Assembly: GCA_041650835.1 (NCBI GenBank)
Contig: JBAZKL010000004.1
Location: 294,900-358,899 of the forward strand
Length of the DNA stretch: 64,000 nucleotides
From: Candidatus Omnitrophota bacterium
GTDB lineage: Bacteria; Omnitrophota; Gorgyraeia; Gygaellales; Profunditerraquicolaceae
Direction: 5' to 3'
In this document: positions 10,270 to 20,914 of the stretch, one piece after another
How the letters are laid out: every line of letters starts with the position of its first letter
How positions within the stretch are numbered: position 1 is the stretch's first letter
Notes under the pieces: model-generated
Seen by the model: the letters and a program-made list of their open reading frames with translations, nothing else
Told to the model about the DNA's origin: nothing
The model's database searches: none
Position numbers and translations under genes: made by a program

Positions 10270-10322
10270 GGCAAAAATTAAGCTAAAAGATAAACTTTTA
10301 TCTTGTATTTTGCCTTTTTTTT
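10270..10322 (+). terminator. Putative intrinsic terminator downstream of rpmB
   Basis: GGCAAAA (10270-10276) pairs with TTTTGCC (10308-10314). A long loop between them contains an inner hairpin AAGATAAA-CTT-TTATCTT. A run of 8 T follows. Confidence 0.45.
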
Positions 10323-10325
10323 ATT

Positions 10326-10430
10326 AAAAGGAAGGTTAAAATATCAATTTTAAAATTTAACCTTAGAACTTAATCCTTCCTTCGATATTTACCTGCCTGC
10401 CGACAGGCAGGAACTCTATCCTTTGCTGTT
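10326..10430. repeat. Nested-palindrome intergenic element, copy A (variant arrangement)
   Basis: AAAAGGAAGG...CCTTCCTT inverted repeat (10326-10382) encloses TTAAAAT/ATTTTAA. The GC-rich hairpin CCTGCCTGCCGACAGGCAGG (10392-10411) lies just outside it. It sits between the convergent rpmB and recJ 3' ends. Confidence 0.6.
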
Positions 10431-10459
10431 GCCTTATCTTCTGCTTCAACAAACCAGCC

Positions 10460-12151
10460 TTATTTAAAGAATATTTCTTTAATCTCAAGGAGTAATGATT
10501 CCTCACCCTGCCAATTATCCATGACAGGGCTGTATACTACATCAAAATATTCCGCGGCAAGCAAGCTGTCTTTAAAACTTCCCATGCCAAAGCCGATGGC
10601 TTGATAGGTAAATGTCCCGTCAGTGACCCAGAATTTCAACGTATCCCTGCCCATGACCCGCGGCTGCCCCTTCAGCCGGAGGTTGCCGGTAAAGAACAAG
10701 GGCTGGCGATTACCCATGCCGAAAGGCTCAAGCCGCGCAAGCTCCCCGGCCAAAGCCTCATCCATATCCGAAAGGGTCAATGCCATATCAATATCTATAC
10801 TCGGCATCAAATCAGTCATGGTTAAACGCTCATGCGCCAAAAGATTGATCTTAGTGCGGAAATCATCGATATTTTCTTTCGATAAAGAAAGCCCCGTAGC
10901 ATGCTGGTGCCCCCCGAAGTTTTCCAAAAGCTCACGGCATTCAAGAATAGCTTCAAAAAGATGGAAATTCTTAATGGACCTGCCGGAACCTTTACATAAG
11001 CCTTCAGCTAAAGAAATCAATATAGTCGGACGGTAAAAGCGTTCCGCGAGTTTCGCCGCGACAATGCCCAGAACACCGGTATGCCAACCTTCCTTCGCCA
11101 CAACCATGACTTTATGTTCCTTAAAATTAACTTCTTTATCGATAATGGCTTGCGCCTCTTCTAAAATCGTACTTTCTACTTTCTGACGTTGGCGGTTGTG
11201 TTTTTCAACAGTCTCGACAAGCCTTTGCGCCTCCGCTTGGTCCACGCTCATCAGCAGGTTTAAAGCAACCTCAGCATTATCTATACGGCCGCTGGCATTG
11301 ATACGCGGGCCAAGGATAAAACTCACGAAGCCGGGATTGATCTTTTTATTCTTGACACCGCTGGCTTCAATAAGCGTTTTAAGGCCGAGCCGTTTCGTAT
11401 TGAAAAGCTTGGAAAGGCCTTCTTTGGCAATGATACGATTCTCCCCCGTCAACGGGACCGCGTCCGCAATGGTGCCTAAAGCAACCAGGTCTAGCTCATC
11501 AACCAAGGTATCCGCGCACAGAGCCTGACAGAATTTATAGGCAACGCCCACCCCCGCCAGGTCACGATAAAGATACCCGGAATTACTTATTTTTGGATTG
11601 ATCATCGCTGAAGCATAATCATGGGTATGTTCCCCCGACGGCTCATGATGGTCAGTCACGATCACTTCAACGCCCCTATTCCGCAATTCTTTTATCTGTT
11701 CAGTACTATTAGTCCCGCAATCCGCAGTAATGACGACTTTTACCTCTTTTTCTTTAACAAGCTCAAAAACCTTCTTATTAAGCCCATAGCCTTCTTTGAC
11801 CCTGTCCGGGATATAATGGCATGTTTCTAAGCCCATCCTTGCGAACGTATTCTCAAGCAGGGTAAGCGATGTTAAACCATCAACATCATAATCGCTGAAG
11901 ATCAAAACCCTTTCCCTTCTTTTACAAGCCCCCCTGACAATACCTATCGCCTGAGGCATCTCAAGGAACGTATTCGGATCAAGCATATCGTTAAGGCTGG
12001 GATTGAGGAACTTTTCCGCGGCTCCGGGAGTTTCGATCCCGCGGTTTATCAAGAGCTGCGCGAGAACATTAGAAATCCCTAACTCCTTACTCAAGACTTC
12101 ATGCAAGGTGCGATTCGGGGAAGCTATATGTAAGATCTTACGGGTATGCAT
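10460..12151 (-). CDS. recJ: Single-stranded-DNA-specific exonuclease RecJ
   Basis: 563 aa. DHH-family motifs are present (VLIFSDYDVDG, VIVTDHHEP, GGHQHATG). Overall DHH/DHHA1 architecture. Confidence 0.9.
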   Translation of the reverse strand: MHTRKILHIASPNRTLHEVLSKELGISNVLAQLLINRGIETPGAAEKFLNPSLNDMLDPNTFLEMPQAIGIVRGACKRRERVLIFSDYDVDGLTSLTLLENTFARMGLETCHYIPDRVKEGYGLNKKVFELVKEKEVKVVITADCGTNSTEQIKELRNRGVEVIVTDHHEPSGEHTHDYASAMINPKISNSGYLYRDLAGVGVAYKFCQALCADTLVDELDLVALGTIADAVPLTGENRIIAKEGLSKLFNTKRLGLKTLIEASGVKNKKINPGFVSFILGPRINASGRIDNAEVALNLLMSVDQAEAQRLVETVEKHNRQRQKVESTILEEAQAIIDKEVNFKEHKVMVVAKEGWHTGVLGIVAAKLAERFYRPTILISLAEGLCKGSGRSIKNFHLFEAILECRELLENFGGHQHATGLSLSKENIDDFRTKINLLAHERLTMTDLMPSIDIDMALTLSDMDEALAGELARLEPFGMGNRQPLFFTGNLRLKGQPRVMGRDTLKFWVTDGTFTYQAIGFGMGSFKDSLLAAEYFDVVYSPVMDNWQGEESLLLEIKEIFFK

Positions 12152-12190
12152 AAATAGTATTATGTAAGACTACAGGTATAATTTTAAAGT

Positions 12191-12307
12191 ATAAAGTTTA
12201 AATAACAAAGGAAGGATCAAGCTTAAAGGTTTCTCCTGCAGGCAGTTAATTTTAAGATTTATTCTTTAGCCTTTAAGCTTCCTTTGCTATTTGATCTTTA
12301 AACTTTA
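12191..12307. repeat. Nested-palindrome intergenic element, copy D
   Basis: ATAAAGTTTAAATAACAAAGGAAG ... CTTCCTTTGCTATTTGATCTTTAAACTTTAT. The outer arms ATAAAGTTTAAA / TTTAAACTTTAT are perfect inverted repeats. The middle arms are AAAGGAAG / CTTCCTTT. The central segment contains CCTGCAGGCAG. It lies between the argS stop and the recJ start. Confidence 0.6.
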
Positions 12308-12318
12308 TTCTTTCTAAA

Positions 12319-13959
12319 CTACATCTTCTCGGGCTTTGAGATACCGAGCAGATCCAAGCCGATCCCCAGCACTATGCGCGTCGCATTCACTAAATTCAAA
12401 CGGGCGCGCGTAACTGCCTCCTCATTGCCCAAAACCCGGCAACGGTCATAAAAACGGTGGAAATCTTCCGCTATTTCCTGAAGATACACAGTCATCATAT
12501 AGGGGTCGAGCGTCTTATAACAGATATTGAGAATAAAAGAAAACTGCCATAATTTCCTGATCAACTGCAGCTCCTCTTTTTCTTTCAAGGCCTGCGCGTC
12601 AAACTCATGGCCGTTAATCTCAAAAGGGCTGTTCCTGATAATATTATTGATCCGCGCGTACGCATATTGCACATAATATACCGGGTTCTCGGAAGTCTGC
12701 TTTTTCGCGGTCTCCAGGTCGAAATTAAGAAGGCTGGAAGTCCGGCGCATGATAAAAAAGAAACGGGCGGCATCCCTGCCGACTTCATCTAAGACTTCCC
12801 GCAGCGTTATATATTGCCCGCGGCGAGTCGACATTTCCAAGGGTTTTCCGTCTTTGAATATCGAAGCTAATTGCACAATAATGACCGAGAGGGATTCGGG
12901 GTCTTCCCCCAAAGCCCCAACCGCGGCTTTAAGCCTGCTGATATAACCGTGATGGTCAGGCCCCCAGAGATTGATCAACCAGGTAAAACCCCGTTTATAT
13001 TTATTCTGATGATACGCGATATCCGGGGCAAGGTACGTATATGACCCGTCGCTTTTAACGACCACCCGGTCTTTATCGTCTGAAAAGGCCGTTGACTTGA
13101 ACCATTGCGCGCCATCCTGCTCGTATAAAAAACCTTTTTCTTTCAAATACTCAAACGCTTTCTCGATAGCACCCGCTTTTCGTAACGCCTTCTGGCTGTA
13201 CCAGCAGTCAAAGCTGATCCCGAAATCCCGCAGCTCTTCTTTTATAATCTCCAGGATATACTTGCCCGCATAATCACCGATATCCTGCTGCGGTAGAGCA
13301 TCAGCTGCGAGTTGCCGGGCAATATCATAGATATAATCTCCCTGATAATAATTCTCGGGGAATTCTTTCTTTTCTCCCTTTAATTCCTGAAGCCGCAGGC
13401 CTACCGACTTTCCTAATATATTGATCTGATTACCTTCATCATTCAGATAATATTCCCGCTGGACACTAAACCCTAAGAAAGACAGGATAGCGGCTAACGC
13501 GTCGCCGACAACGGCCTGCCGCGCATGCGCGACTGATAACGGCCCGGTAGGATTAGCGCTGACGAATTCGACCATCACCTTCTTTCCGGCGCCGATATTT
13601 TGCCTGCCGAAGTCTTTTGATTCAGCGATAATGCCCTTGAGCTGCCGGTAGAAATAATCTTCGCTGAGGTAAAAATTGATAAACCCCGCGCCTTCAGCTT
13701 TTATGTCTTTAATACAATCATGAATAGGGCTCTTGCGGATATGCTTCTCAATAGAATCAACCAGGCACGCGGCGATCTTCAAGGGGGGCTGCTTCAAAAT
13801 ACTGCCTAAGCGTAAAGCCAGGTTATTTGACAGGTCGCCGAAACCGGTCGCCAGCGACAACTCGACAGGCACCTGAGCGCATCCGGGGATATCACGGTAC
13901 AATTCGGCTAAGGCTTCCTGAATGATAAGAATAAGGGAATCCTGGATATTTTTTTCCAT
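12319..13959 (-). CDS. argS: Arginine--tRNA ligase
   Basis: 546 aa. A class I HIGH-like motif (PTGPLSVAHA) and an MSTR (KMSKS-equivalent) motif are present. The C-terminal DALR anticodon-binding region follows the typical ArgRS layout. Confidence 0.9.
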   Translation of the reverse strand: MEKNIQDSLILIIQEALAELYRDIPGCAQVPVELSLATGFGDLSNNLALRLGSILKQPPLKIAACLVDSIEKHIRKSPIHDCIKDIKAEGAGFINFYLSEDYFYRQLKGIIAESKDFGRQNIGAGKKVMVEFVSANPTGPLSVAHARQAVVGDALAAILSFLGFSVQREYYLNDEGNQINILGKSVGLRLQELKGEKKEFPENYYQGDYIYDIARQLAADALPQQDIGDYAGKYILEIIKEELRDFGISFDCWYSQKALRKAGAIEKAFEYLKEKGFLYEQDGAQWFKSTAFSDDKDRVVVKSDGSYTYLAPDIAYHQNKYKRGFTWLINLWGPDHHGYISRLKAAVGALGEDPESLSVIIVQLASIFKDGKPLEMSTRRGQYITLREVLDEVGRDAARFFFIMRRTSSLLNFDLETAKKQTSENPVYYVQYAYARINNIIRNSPFEINGHEFDAQALKEKEELQLIRKLWQFSFILNICYKTLDPYMMTVYLQEIAEDFHRFYDRCRVLGNEEAVTRARLNLVNATRIVLGIGLDLLGISKPEKM

Positions 13960-14022
13960 GTAAGGCCTAAATTCGCGGCAGAAATAATACTGAAGAAGGA
14001 AAACCTCGCCATCTCTGAAATG

Positions 14023-14493
14023 CTATGATCTAATACTTTTTGATTGCTGTAGAGCTGCAGTGCGTGGAATACGCTTACTAACCCTGACTTTCTTTGCGTC
14101 AGACCAGAGCCGTTCTAACGCGTAAAACTCTCTCTTAGGCTTATAAAACACATGCGCAACGACCGCCGAATAATCCAAGACGATCCAGCCTGATTCATCC
14201 TGAGCGGGAACACGCGAGTAGGATTTTATGTTCTCCCGGGTGAGGTCATCCTGAATGGCGCCCGCGATCGCGTTAACTTGCCGTAAAGAGGCGCCGCTGA
14301 CAATAACAAAGTATTCGAAAAAGGAGGATAGGTGGCGCATGTCAAGGATCATAACATCTTCCGCCTTCTTTTCCTGCGATATAAAAGCAATTCTTTGGGC
14401 TAAAACTTTAGAGTCTATAAGGACTTGCCTCCTTCTCAGGCCGAATGATACCTTATCTTTGTTCCACTCGGGAGTGCCGTTTGAATACGTCAA
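14023..14493 (-). CDS. rsfS: Ribosomal silencing factor RsfS (Iojap family), with an N-terminal extension
   Basis: The core ILDMRHLSSFFEYFVIVSGASLRQVNAIAGAI...GWIVLDYSAVVAHVF matches the RsfS/Iojap fold. The real start may be an internal Met. Confidence 0.75.
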   Translation of the reverse strand: MTYSNGTPEWNKDKVSFGLRRRQVLIDSKVLAQRIAFISQEKKAEDVMILDMRHLSSFFEYFVIVSGASLRQVNAIAGAIQDDLTRENIKSYSRVPAQDESGWIVLDYSAVVAHVFYKPKREFYALERLWSDAKKVRVSKRIPRTAALQQSKSIRS

Positions 14494-14520
14494 GAAACAT
14501 TCAACGGTAAAACGTTACGC

Positions 14521-14670
14521 TTATTTTTTCCCTAAGATCTTATACATACCGGTATTGCATACAGGGCATTTTCCTTTAGCGGCAGGACGGCCGTTCTTCA
14601 TGGTAACTTTTTGTTCATCTTTCATTTCCTGGCTCTTTTTACATTTAACGCAATATCCTTTTTCTGCCAT
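14521..14670 (-). CDS. Small zinc-ribbon protein (DUF5679-like), about 49 aa
   Basis: MAEKGYCVKCKKSQEMKDEQKVTMKNGRPAAKGKCPVCNTGMYKILGKK. It has two CxxC pairs. The ORF track extends it to 14775, but the SD and Met at 14670 are more plausible. Confidence 0.5.
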   Translation of the reverse strand: MAEKGYCVKCKKSQEMKDEQKVTMKNGRPAAKGKCPVCNTGMYKILGKK

Positions 14671-14792
14671 GCTTCCTCCCTTTTTTAGTGAAAGTTCATT
14701 TATAGTATCACAGCTTCCCCGGGGTGTCAATCGGCCCTCCCCAACTGTTTCCATAGTATATAGCAGGGCAATCAAGAGGTCAATATATTTAT

Positions 14793-15815
14793 CTATTTCC
14801 CGCCCCTATGGCCGCCCTTCTCCTCATCGATCTCGCCTACGATCTCTTCAAGCAGGTCTTCCAAGGTCACCATGCCTAAAGTCCTCTTTTGCTCATCGAC
14901 CACAACGGCGATCTGTATTTTATCCGTCTGGAACTTCCGCAAGAGCTCATTAACCCGTACCGTCGGGGCAACGCAATAAACCTGGCGCAAAAGGTCCTGC
15001 AGCACAAAGAGGCTTTTATCGCGCAGGATATAGAGCAGATCATTAGCGTAAATAACACCTTTAATATTTTCTATGGAACCGGCGTAAACCGGCAGCCGGG
15101 CATGTCCCTGCTCAACAAAGGTATTTAACAGGCTCTCAGAGCTTATCGAGCTGTCAACCGCGATCATCTTTGCTTTAGGGACCATCACTTCTCCAACCTT
15201 GGTATCTCCGAACTCAAAGATCCTATGCAGCATTTTACGCTCTTCGTCGCTTAAAACGCCTTCTTCTTTGCCGATTTCGATGATCAAACGCAGCTCTTCT
15301 TCGGTAACCAACGGGGAGCGCTTAACCGGCTGGACGCGCATCAACCGCAGGATATAATCGCTTATTCCGGTAAAAACAATTATCACCGGGTGAAGGGCCC
15401 TGATCAATACTTCCATGAACGGGGCGATAAACAAGGCGATACGCTCCGGATGTTTTGTAGCGAGGATTTTCGGCGTTATTTCACAAAAAACCAGTATAAA
15501 GAATGTCGTGACAAAAGTAGCAATGATCAATCCGGCCTGGTAACCGAATATTGAAACGGAAATAGCCGAAACAAAAGAAGAGATCGCGATATTAACGAAG
15601 TTATTCCCGATAAGAATGGCAACGATCAATTTATCAAGCTTAGTAACCAGGTTCTGCACGGACACGGCGCCGCGCCTGCCCTGTTCAACCAGGTGGCGCA
15701 GCCGGATCTTGTTGAGCGCGATAAGGGAAGTTTCCGAGGCGGACAAGATAAAAGAGATGACCGAAAGCAATAACAAGATGATCACAACTACGGGGATAGA
15801 AAATATGAGAAGCAT
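14793..15815 (-). CDS. CNNM/CorC-family transporter-associated protein (DUF21 transmembrane domain, CBS pair, CorC_HlyC domain)
   Basis: 340 aa. The N-terminus has 4 TM helices. A CBS pair follows (VMVPKAKMIAVD...GVIYANDLL). The C-terminal transporter-associated domain is MVTLEDLLEEIVGEIDEE. Confidence 0.8.
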   Translation of the reverse strand: MLLIFSIPVVVIILLLLSVISFILSASETSLIALNKIRLRHLVEQGRRGAVSVQNLVTKLDKLIVAILIGNNFVNIAISSFVSAISVSIFGYQAGLIIATFVTTFFILVFCEITPKILATKHPERIALFIAPFMEVLIRALHPVIIVFTGISDYILRLMRVQPVKRSPLVTEEELRLIIEIGKEEGVLSDEERKMLHRIFEFGDTKVGEVMVPKAKMIAVDSSISSESLLNTFVEQGHARLPVYAGSIENIKGVIYANDLLYILRDKSLFVLQDLLRQVYCVAPTVRVNELLRKFQTDKIQIAVVVDEQKRTLGMVTLEDLLEEIVGEIDEEKGGHRGGK

Positions 15816-15821
15816 CTATTT

Positions 15822-17123
15822 TTATCCTGACTGTATTTCTTTCAGGATCGGTATTTCTTGATCCTTACCCGGGCCGATCACTGCCAGGTTTAAATGCTGC
15901 TGCTGGAATATTTGCCGGGCCGCCTGAAGGATATCCTGGCGTTTTACCTGGCTGACCTCCTTAAAAATATCCGCGAGCGTATACGTTTTATCCATCGTCA
16001 AAGTCGATTCCCCGATCCACAACATATGATCCAGGGTATCTTCTAACGCCAACATGAGCTGCCCCAGATAAAACTCCTTGGCGCGGCGGAATTCATCTTC
16101 TTTTACCAGGGAATGGGTGATCCGGTTAAGCTCTTTGAGGATCAAGGCGAGCGCTTCATTGAATTTTTTATTATCGATGCCCGCGTGCACGACAAAAGCG
16201 CCGGTATCCTGAAAACGCTTTACCTGAGTGCCGATCTCATAGGCGAGCCCTCTTTTTTCCCGCAGCTCGTTAAACAGCCGGCTTGACATATTCCCCCCCA
16301 AAATGACATGCAATAAACCAAGCGCGTGCCTTAAAGGATGCCCCCGCTTAAAGCTGTGAAAGCCCAACGCTACGTGCGTTTGTTCGGTTTCCTTAGGATA
16401 AAGCTTCACCTGCGGCTTAGACTGCCGCTGGAGCGCTTCGGCGCACCGGTTCTTTTTTACGCCGGATTCACCGCGGAACATTTTTCTTACCCGCTTGACC
16501 AATACATCATGCTCCAATAACCCTGCCGCGCTGACGACAATATTCGACGGGCCGTAATGCCCTTGCTTAAAAGAAGCCAAAACGCGGCGGCCTATCCTGC
16601 CGACTGATTCAACGGTGCCTAAAACACTCATCCCTAACGCCTCACCCGGCCACATTAATTCATCGAGCAAATCATAGACATAGCTCTGCGGCAGGTCTTT
16701 ATACATTTTGATCTCTTCTAAAATAACGGTCTGTTCTCTTTGAATATCGTTTTTTAAAAGCAAGGGGTTTTCCACCATATCCGAAAGTATATCAAACGCC
16801 AGGTCCAAATGCCGGCTTGGCAGTTTTACCAGGTAACAGGTCGCCTCTTCAGAAGTAAATCCGTTTAACGCGCCTCCCACGCCCTCAATGGATTCCTTGA
16901 TCTCCTGGCAGGAATATTTCTTTGAGCCCTTAAAAAGCAAATGTTCCAGGTAATGGCTGATACCCTTATTCTCAACCGACTCATACCTGCCGCCTACCTT
17001 GATCCAGATACCCAAAGCAACCGACTGCATCTTGGGCATCCGATGAGTAACCAGCGTCAAGCCGTTCTCTAAAACCGTCTTATTATACATGGGTTCCTTG
17101 TAAATACCTGACAAATCGGCCAA
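15822..17123 (-). CDS. M16-family zinc metallopeptidase (insulinase/pitrilysin-like)
   Basis: 433 aa. The inverted zinc motif HYLEHLLFKG (HxxEH) is near the N-terminus. It ends about 7 nt upstream of the CorC-like gene. Confidence 0.8.
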   Translation of the reverse strand: MADLSGIYKEPMYNKTVLENGLTLVTHRMPKMQSVALGIWIKVGGRYESVENKGISHYLEHLLFKGSKKYSCQEIKESIEGVGGALNGFTSEEATCYLVKLPSRHLDLAFDILSDMVENPLLLKNDIQREQTVILEEIKMYKDLPQSYVYDLLDELMWPGEALGMSVLGTVESVGRIGRRVLASFKQGHYGPSNIVVSAAGLLEHDVLVKRVRKMFRGESGVKKNRCAEALQRQSKPQVKLYPKETEQTHVALGFHSFKRGHPLRHALGLLHVILGGNMSSRLFNELREKRGLAYEIGTQVKRFQDTGAFVVHAGIDNKKFNEALALILKELNRITHSLVKEDEFRRAKEFYLGQLMLALEDTLDHMLWIGESTLTMDKTYTLADIFKEVSQVKRQDILQAARQIFQQQHLNLAVIGPGKDQEIPILKEIQSG

Positions 17124-17889
17124 CGCGTTTGACTAAAGCGGGGTTACCGATATTTTCCTTGATCTTCTTGACCACCGCGCTTCCCACAATAACTCCGTCG
17201 GCAAACGACTGGACCTCTTTGACCTGCTGCACAGTAGAAATCCCGAAGCCGACACAAACAGGTTTCGGAGTGAATGACTTGATTAATTTTACTTTCCTGA
17301 TGAGGTCGAGCGGCAGCTGCGCGCGCTCCCCCGTCACCCCGGTGAGAGAAACGTAATAAATAAAACCTTTTGAAATACCGGCGATATATTTCATCCGGGA
17401 GGCGGGCGTTGTCGGAGAGACAAAATAAATCCCGTCGATCCCGGCTTCTTTCTCAAGGGCGATCAAACTACCGCTTTCTTCAACCGGCAGATCAGGGATA
17501 ATCACCCCGTCCACGCCTGCGGCAGCAGCGGCCTTGATAAACGCTTTCTCTCCGAAGCAAAAAACCGGGTTATAATACGTCATGAGGCAAATGGGGACCA
17601 AGGTATGTTTTCTGGCTTTTTTGACCGCTTCCAGGATACCTTTCAGGTTGACCCCCTTCTCTAACGCCGCTTGAGACGCTTCCTGAATGATCAAACCATC
17701 CGCCATAGGGTCGGAAAACGGCACCCCCAACTCAATAATATCCGCCCCTGAAGCGGCTAATTCCAATATTAAACGCTCCGTTGTATCCAGGTCAGGGTAC
17801 CCCGCGGTAATAAAAACGATCAGGGCCTTTTTCCCTTTATCGCGTAATTCCTTGAATTTCTTTTCAAGCGCCGTCATAGCTTTCAACAC
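17083..17889 (-). CDS. trpA: Tryptophan synthase alpha subunit
   Basis: 268 aa. TrpA motifs are present (IELGVPFSDPMADG, YYNP, GFGIS). Confidence 0.9.
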   Translation of the reverse strand: MLKAMTALEKKFKELRDKGKKALIVFITAGYPDLDTTERLILELAASGADIIELGVPFSDPMADGLIIQEASQAALEKGVNLKGILEAVKKARKHTLVPICLMTYYNPVFCFGEKAFIKAAAAAGVDGVIIPDLPVEESGSLIALEKEAGIDGIYFVSPTTPASRMKYIAGISKGFIYYVSLTGVTGERAQLPLDLIRKVKLIKSFTPKPVCVGFGISTVQQVKEVQSFADGVIVGSAVVKKIKENIGNPALVKRVGRFVRYLQGTHV

Positions 17890-17892
17890 CTC

Positions 17893-19074
17893 TTACACGT
17901 GTAATTTTTCCGTCACAATACCGAGATCTTTATCCCCTCGCCCTGAGAGGCAGACGATCACGACGGAATCCCGTTTTATTCTCTTCGCCAGCTTCTTAAG
18001 GTAAGCGAGCGCATGCGATGATTCCAAAGCGGGAAGGATCCCTTCTCTTTGCGCCAGCAGCTTAAAACCATCCAGGGCTTCGCGATCATTGACTGCCACG
18101 TATTCGGCGCGGCCAATTTTCTTATAATAGGCGTGCTCCGGCCCGACCCCCGGATAATCAAGCCCGGCAGAAATCGAATGAGTAGTTTTTACCTGGCCGA
18201 ACCGGTCTTCGAGAAGGTTTGATTTCGACCCATGCAGCACCCCGATACCGCCGGTGACCAGCGTCGCGGCATGCTTTCCGGTAGATAAGCCCAAGCCTCC
18301 GGCCTCAACGCCGATAAACTTTACCTTCTTATCATTAAAAAAAGGATGGAATAACCCCATGGCATTACTCCCGCCGCCGACACAGGCAACCAGATAATCC
18401 GGCAAACGCTTATCTTTTTTAATGATTTGCCGCCTCGATTCCAAGCCGATGACCGACTGAAAATCCCTGACCATGATCGGATAGGGGTGAGGGCCGGCAA
18501 CAGTGCCGATAATGTAATGCGTATGAGCGACGTTAGTTACCCAGTCCCGGAGCGCCTGCGTCATGGCATCTTTGAGCGTCTTGGTGCCGCTGGCAACGGG
18601 AATGACGTTTGCGCCCAAAAGCTTCATCCTGAAAACATTGGGTTTCTGGCGAGCGATATCTTCTTCACCCATATAAATATCACAGCTTAAACCGAACATT
18701 GCCGCAACCGTTGCCGTCGCCACGCCATGCTGGCCTGCCCCGGTTTCCGCGATAACGCGCGGTTTCTTCATCCGCAGCGCCAAAAGGACCTGCCCCAGGG
18801 TATTATTTATTTTATGCGCTCCGGTATGCAAAAGGTCTTCACGCTTCAGGTACACTTTCTTAATACCCAGGTACCCGCTTAAATTTGAAGCCAGATATAA
18901 CGGCGTCGGCCTGCCCGCATATTCCCTCAAATAATAGGCAAGCTCCTGCTTGAACGCCAAATCACGCTTTGCTCTTTTATACTCCGCTTCCAATTCGGCT
19001 AAAGCATACATGAGCGTTTCAGAAACAAACGTACCGCCAAAATCGCCAAAATATCCTTTTTTAGACTGCCCCAT
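17893..19074 (-). CDS. trpB: Tryptophan synthase beta subunit
   Basis: 393 aa. PLP-lysine region [17 protein letters not shown] and ETGAGQHG motifs are present. Confidence 0.92.
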   Translation of the reverse strand: MGQSKKGYFGDFGGTFVSETLMYALAELEAEYKRAKRDLAFKQELAYYLREYAGRPTPLYLASNLSGYLGIKKVYLKREDLLHTGAHKINNTLGQVLLALRMKKPRVIAETGAGQHGVATATVAAMFGLSCDIYMGEEDIARQKPNVFRMKLLGANVIPVASGTKTLKDAMTQALRDWVTNVAHTHYIIGTVAGPHPYPIMVRDFQSVIGLESRRQIIKKDKRLPDYLVACVGGGSNAMGLFHPFFNDKKVKFIGVEAGGLGLSTGKHAATLVTGGIGVLHGSKSNLLEDRFGQVKTTHSISAGLDYPGVGPEHAYYKKIGRAEYVAVNDREALDGFKLLAQREGILPALESSHALAYLKKLAKRIKRDSVVIVCLSGRGDKDLGIVTEKLHV

Positions 19075-19145
19075 ATGAACCTCTGATCATTATGTCCGCT
19101 ATTATATGTAAAAAACAAACCGGTGTCAAATCAATCAAAACAATC

Positions 19146-19496
19146 CTATACCCATTTTTCACCCTGGGCAAACACATCTTTGAAGCGCCGTAAGAACTCC
19201 TGAAAGAAAGAAAAGATATTTGAGAACTGCCGCTCTATCCCCTTAAGCCAGGAAGGAAGCGGCATATCAAAAGGTAACGTAACGGAGTTCCCCGATAATT
19301 TCCTGAACACCATTATGATCACCAGGTAACCGCCGTATATCAAAAGGGCGAATACCGCTATGCCGAGAAGTACCATGATCAAACAACCGGACAAGCAATT
19401 CCTTCCCTTTTTTTTGCGCGATAGATCCGTGCCGCAAAACCGGCATTTGACCGCCTGATCCTGGATCTCTTCTGCGCAAAAGGGGCATTTCTTCAT
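19146..19496 (-). CDS. Zinc-ribbon membrane protein embedded in the trp operon (start taken at the internal Met MKKCPFC)
   Basis: [23 protein letters not shown] forms a zinc ribbon. One hydrophobic TM helix follows ([26 protein letters not shown]). The ORF track starts it at 19634. The Met at 19496 overlaps the trpF stop by 4 nt, which suggests translational coupling. Confidence 0.5.
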   Translation of the reverse strand: MKKCPFCAEEIQDQAVKCRFCGTDLSRKKKGRNCLSGCLIMVLLGIAVFALLIYGGYLVIIMVFRKLSGNSVTLPFDMPLPSWLKGIERQFSNIFSFFQEFLRRFKDVFAQGEKWV

Positions 19497-20128
19497 ACGG
19501 CCCTCAAGGCTGAGGCTTTCTTTACCGACTGAATGAACGCCTTGACTTTCGCATGGTCTTTCTTGCCCGCAGATATTTCCAGAGAACTTGAAGCATCCAC
19601 CCAATCGGGGCGCGCGACTTTTACCGCCTCGCAAACATTTTCTGCGGTCAAGCCTCCCGACAAGAATATCGGGCGCTTTAAATCACGCCGGCCCCGGATA
19701 AGCTTCCAATCAAATCGCTTGCCGGTCCCCCCCGCTTGAGAGGCGACAAAAGTATCCATTAGGTACGCGAACGTTTTATACCCGGCTATTTTTTCTTCAT
19801 CAAGCTTGTTCTTGACCCTAAAGGACTTGATCACCTTGTACTCTTTGAAGCGGGCGCAAAATTCAACAGACTCATTGCCGTGAAACTGCAGGATATCCAG
19901 CCCGCACAGGCGTGCTATACGGCGCACCGTCTTCTCTCGCGCGTTGACGAAAACACCCACCGCAAGCGTCCCGGCAGGAAGCTCATGTATAATACGGGCG
20001 GCAACAGGCGGGCTGACATAGCGCGGGCTCTTTTTATAGAACACAAAGCCGACGGCATCGCATCCGGCGCCGACTGAAGCATCCGCGTCAGAAACATTAG
20101 TAATACCGCAAATCTTTACTTTTACCAT
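19493..20128 (-). CDS. trpF: Phosphoribosylanthranilate isomerase
   Basis: 211 aa. [11 protein letters not shown]-terminus and overall PRAI TIM-barrel pattern. Confidence 0.85.
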   Translation of the reverse strand: MVKVKICGITNVSDADASVGAGCDAVGFVFYKKSPRYVSPPVAARIIHELPAGTLAVGVFVNAREKTVRRIARLCGLDILQFHGNESVEFCARFKEYKVIKSFRVKNKLDEEKIAGYKTFAYLMDTFVASQAGGTGKRFDWKLIRGRRDLKRPIFLSGGLTAENVCEAVKVARPDWVDASSSLEISAGKKDHAKVKAFIQSVKKASALRAV

Positions 20129-20910
20129 CCCATCACATCTTCAACTTTTTGTTTAATATCAAGGGACTCCATAAAAGCCTGGCCTATTAAAACAGCCTTG
20201 ACCCCTAATATCTTCAAGAACAAAATATCAGAGGAGCTCTTGATGCCGCTTTCGGCGACCACTACCCTGTCCTTAGGCGCGAGGATGAACAAGCGCTCTA
20301 TGGTCCTGGGGTCCGTCTCAAGAGTATGCAGGTCGCGGTTATTGATGCCGACCAGGGGGACCTTTAAACTCAAGACCTTTTTTAGATCCTTCTCTGTATG
20401 CGCCTCGACCAAACACTCCAACCCTAATCCCGAGGCGATCCGCAACAATTCCGACAAAGAATCTTTTGATAACAGATCGGCGATCAACAAGATCGCGTCA
20501 GCCCCCAGAAGGCGCGATTCATAGACCTGATAGGGCTCAATGATAAAATCTTTACGCAATACCGGCAGGTCCACCGCGGACTTGATATCCTGAATAAAAG
20601 CGGGGCTGCCCTGGAAGAAATCTTCTTCCGTTAATACCGAAAGCGCCTGCGCGCCGGCTTCCTTGTAGATACGCGCGATACCGACGGGATCAAAATCATT
20701 CCTGATGACTCCCCGCGAGGGAGAAGCCTTTTTTATCTCAGCGATCAATGAAATGGAACTCGGCTTATTGATCGCTTTCATAAAAGGGCGCACCGGGGCT
20801 AATCCCTGCATGAGGGCTTTTATCGCGTCTTCCGGTAAATTCTGTTTCGCTGCCGCCAGCCGTTCTTTTTTCTTTAATACGATTTCTTTTAAAACATCGT
20901 TTTTCTTCAT
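20122..20910 (-). CDS. trpC: Indole-3-glycerol phosphate synthase
   Basis: 262 aa. IGPS motifs are present (IAEIKKASPS, LRKDFI, GINNRDL). Confidence 0.9.
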   Translation of the reverse strand: MKKNDVLKEIVLKKKERLAAAKQNLPEDAIKALMQGLAPVRPFMKAINKPSSISLIAEIKKASPSRGVIRNDFDPVGIARIYKEAGAQALSVLTEEDFFQGSPAFIQDIKSAVDLPVLRKDFIIEPYQVYESRLLGADAILLIADLLSKDSLSELLRIASGLGLECLVEAHTEKDLKKVLSLKVPLVGINNRDLHTLETDPRTIERLFILAPKDRVVVAESGIKSSSDILFLKILGVKAVLIGQAFMESLDIKQKVEDVMGW

Positions 20911-20914
20911 ACCC

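Noticed and set aside
14255-14953. 232-aa plus-strand ORF
   Set aside because: It is antisense across rsfS, the small zinc-ribbon gene and the CorC-like gene. All three minus-strand genes have strong family signatures, and this ORF has none.
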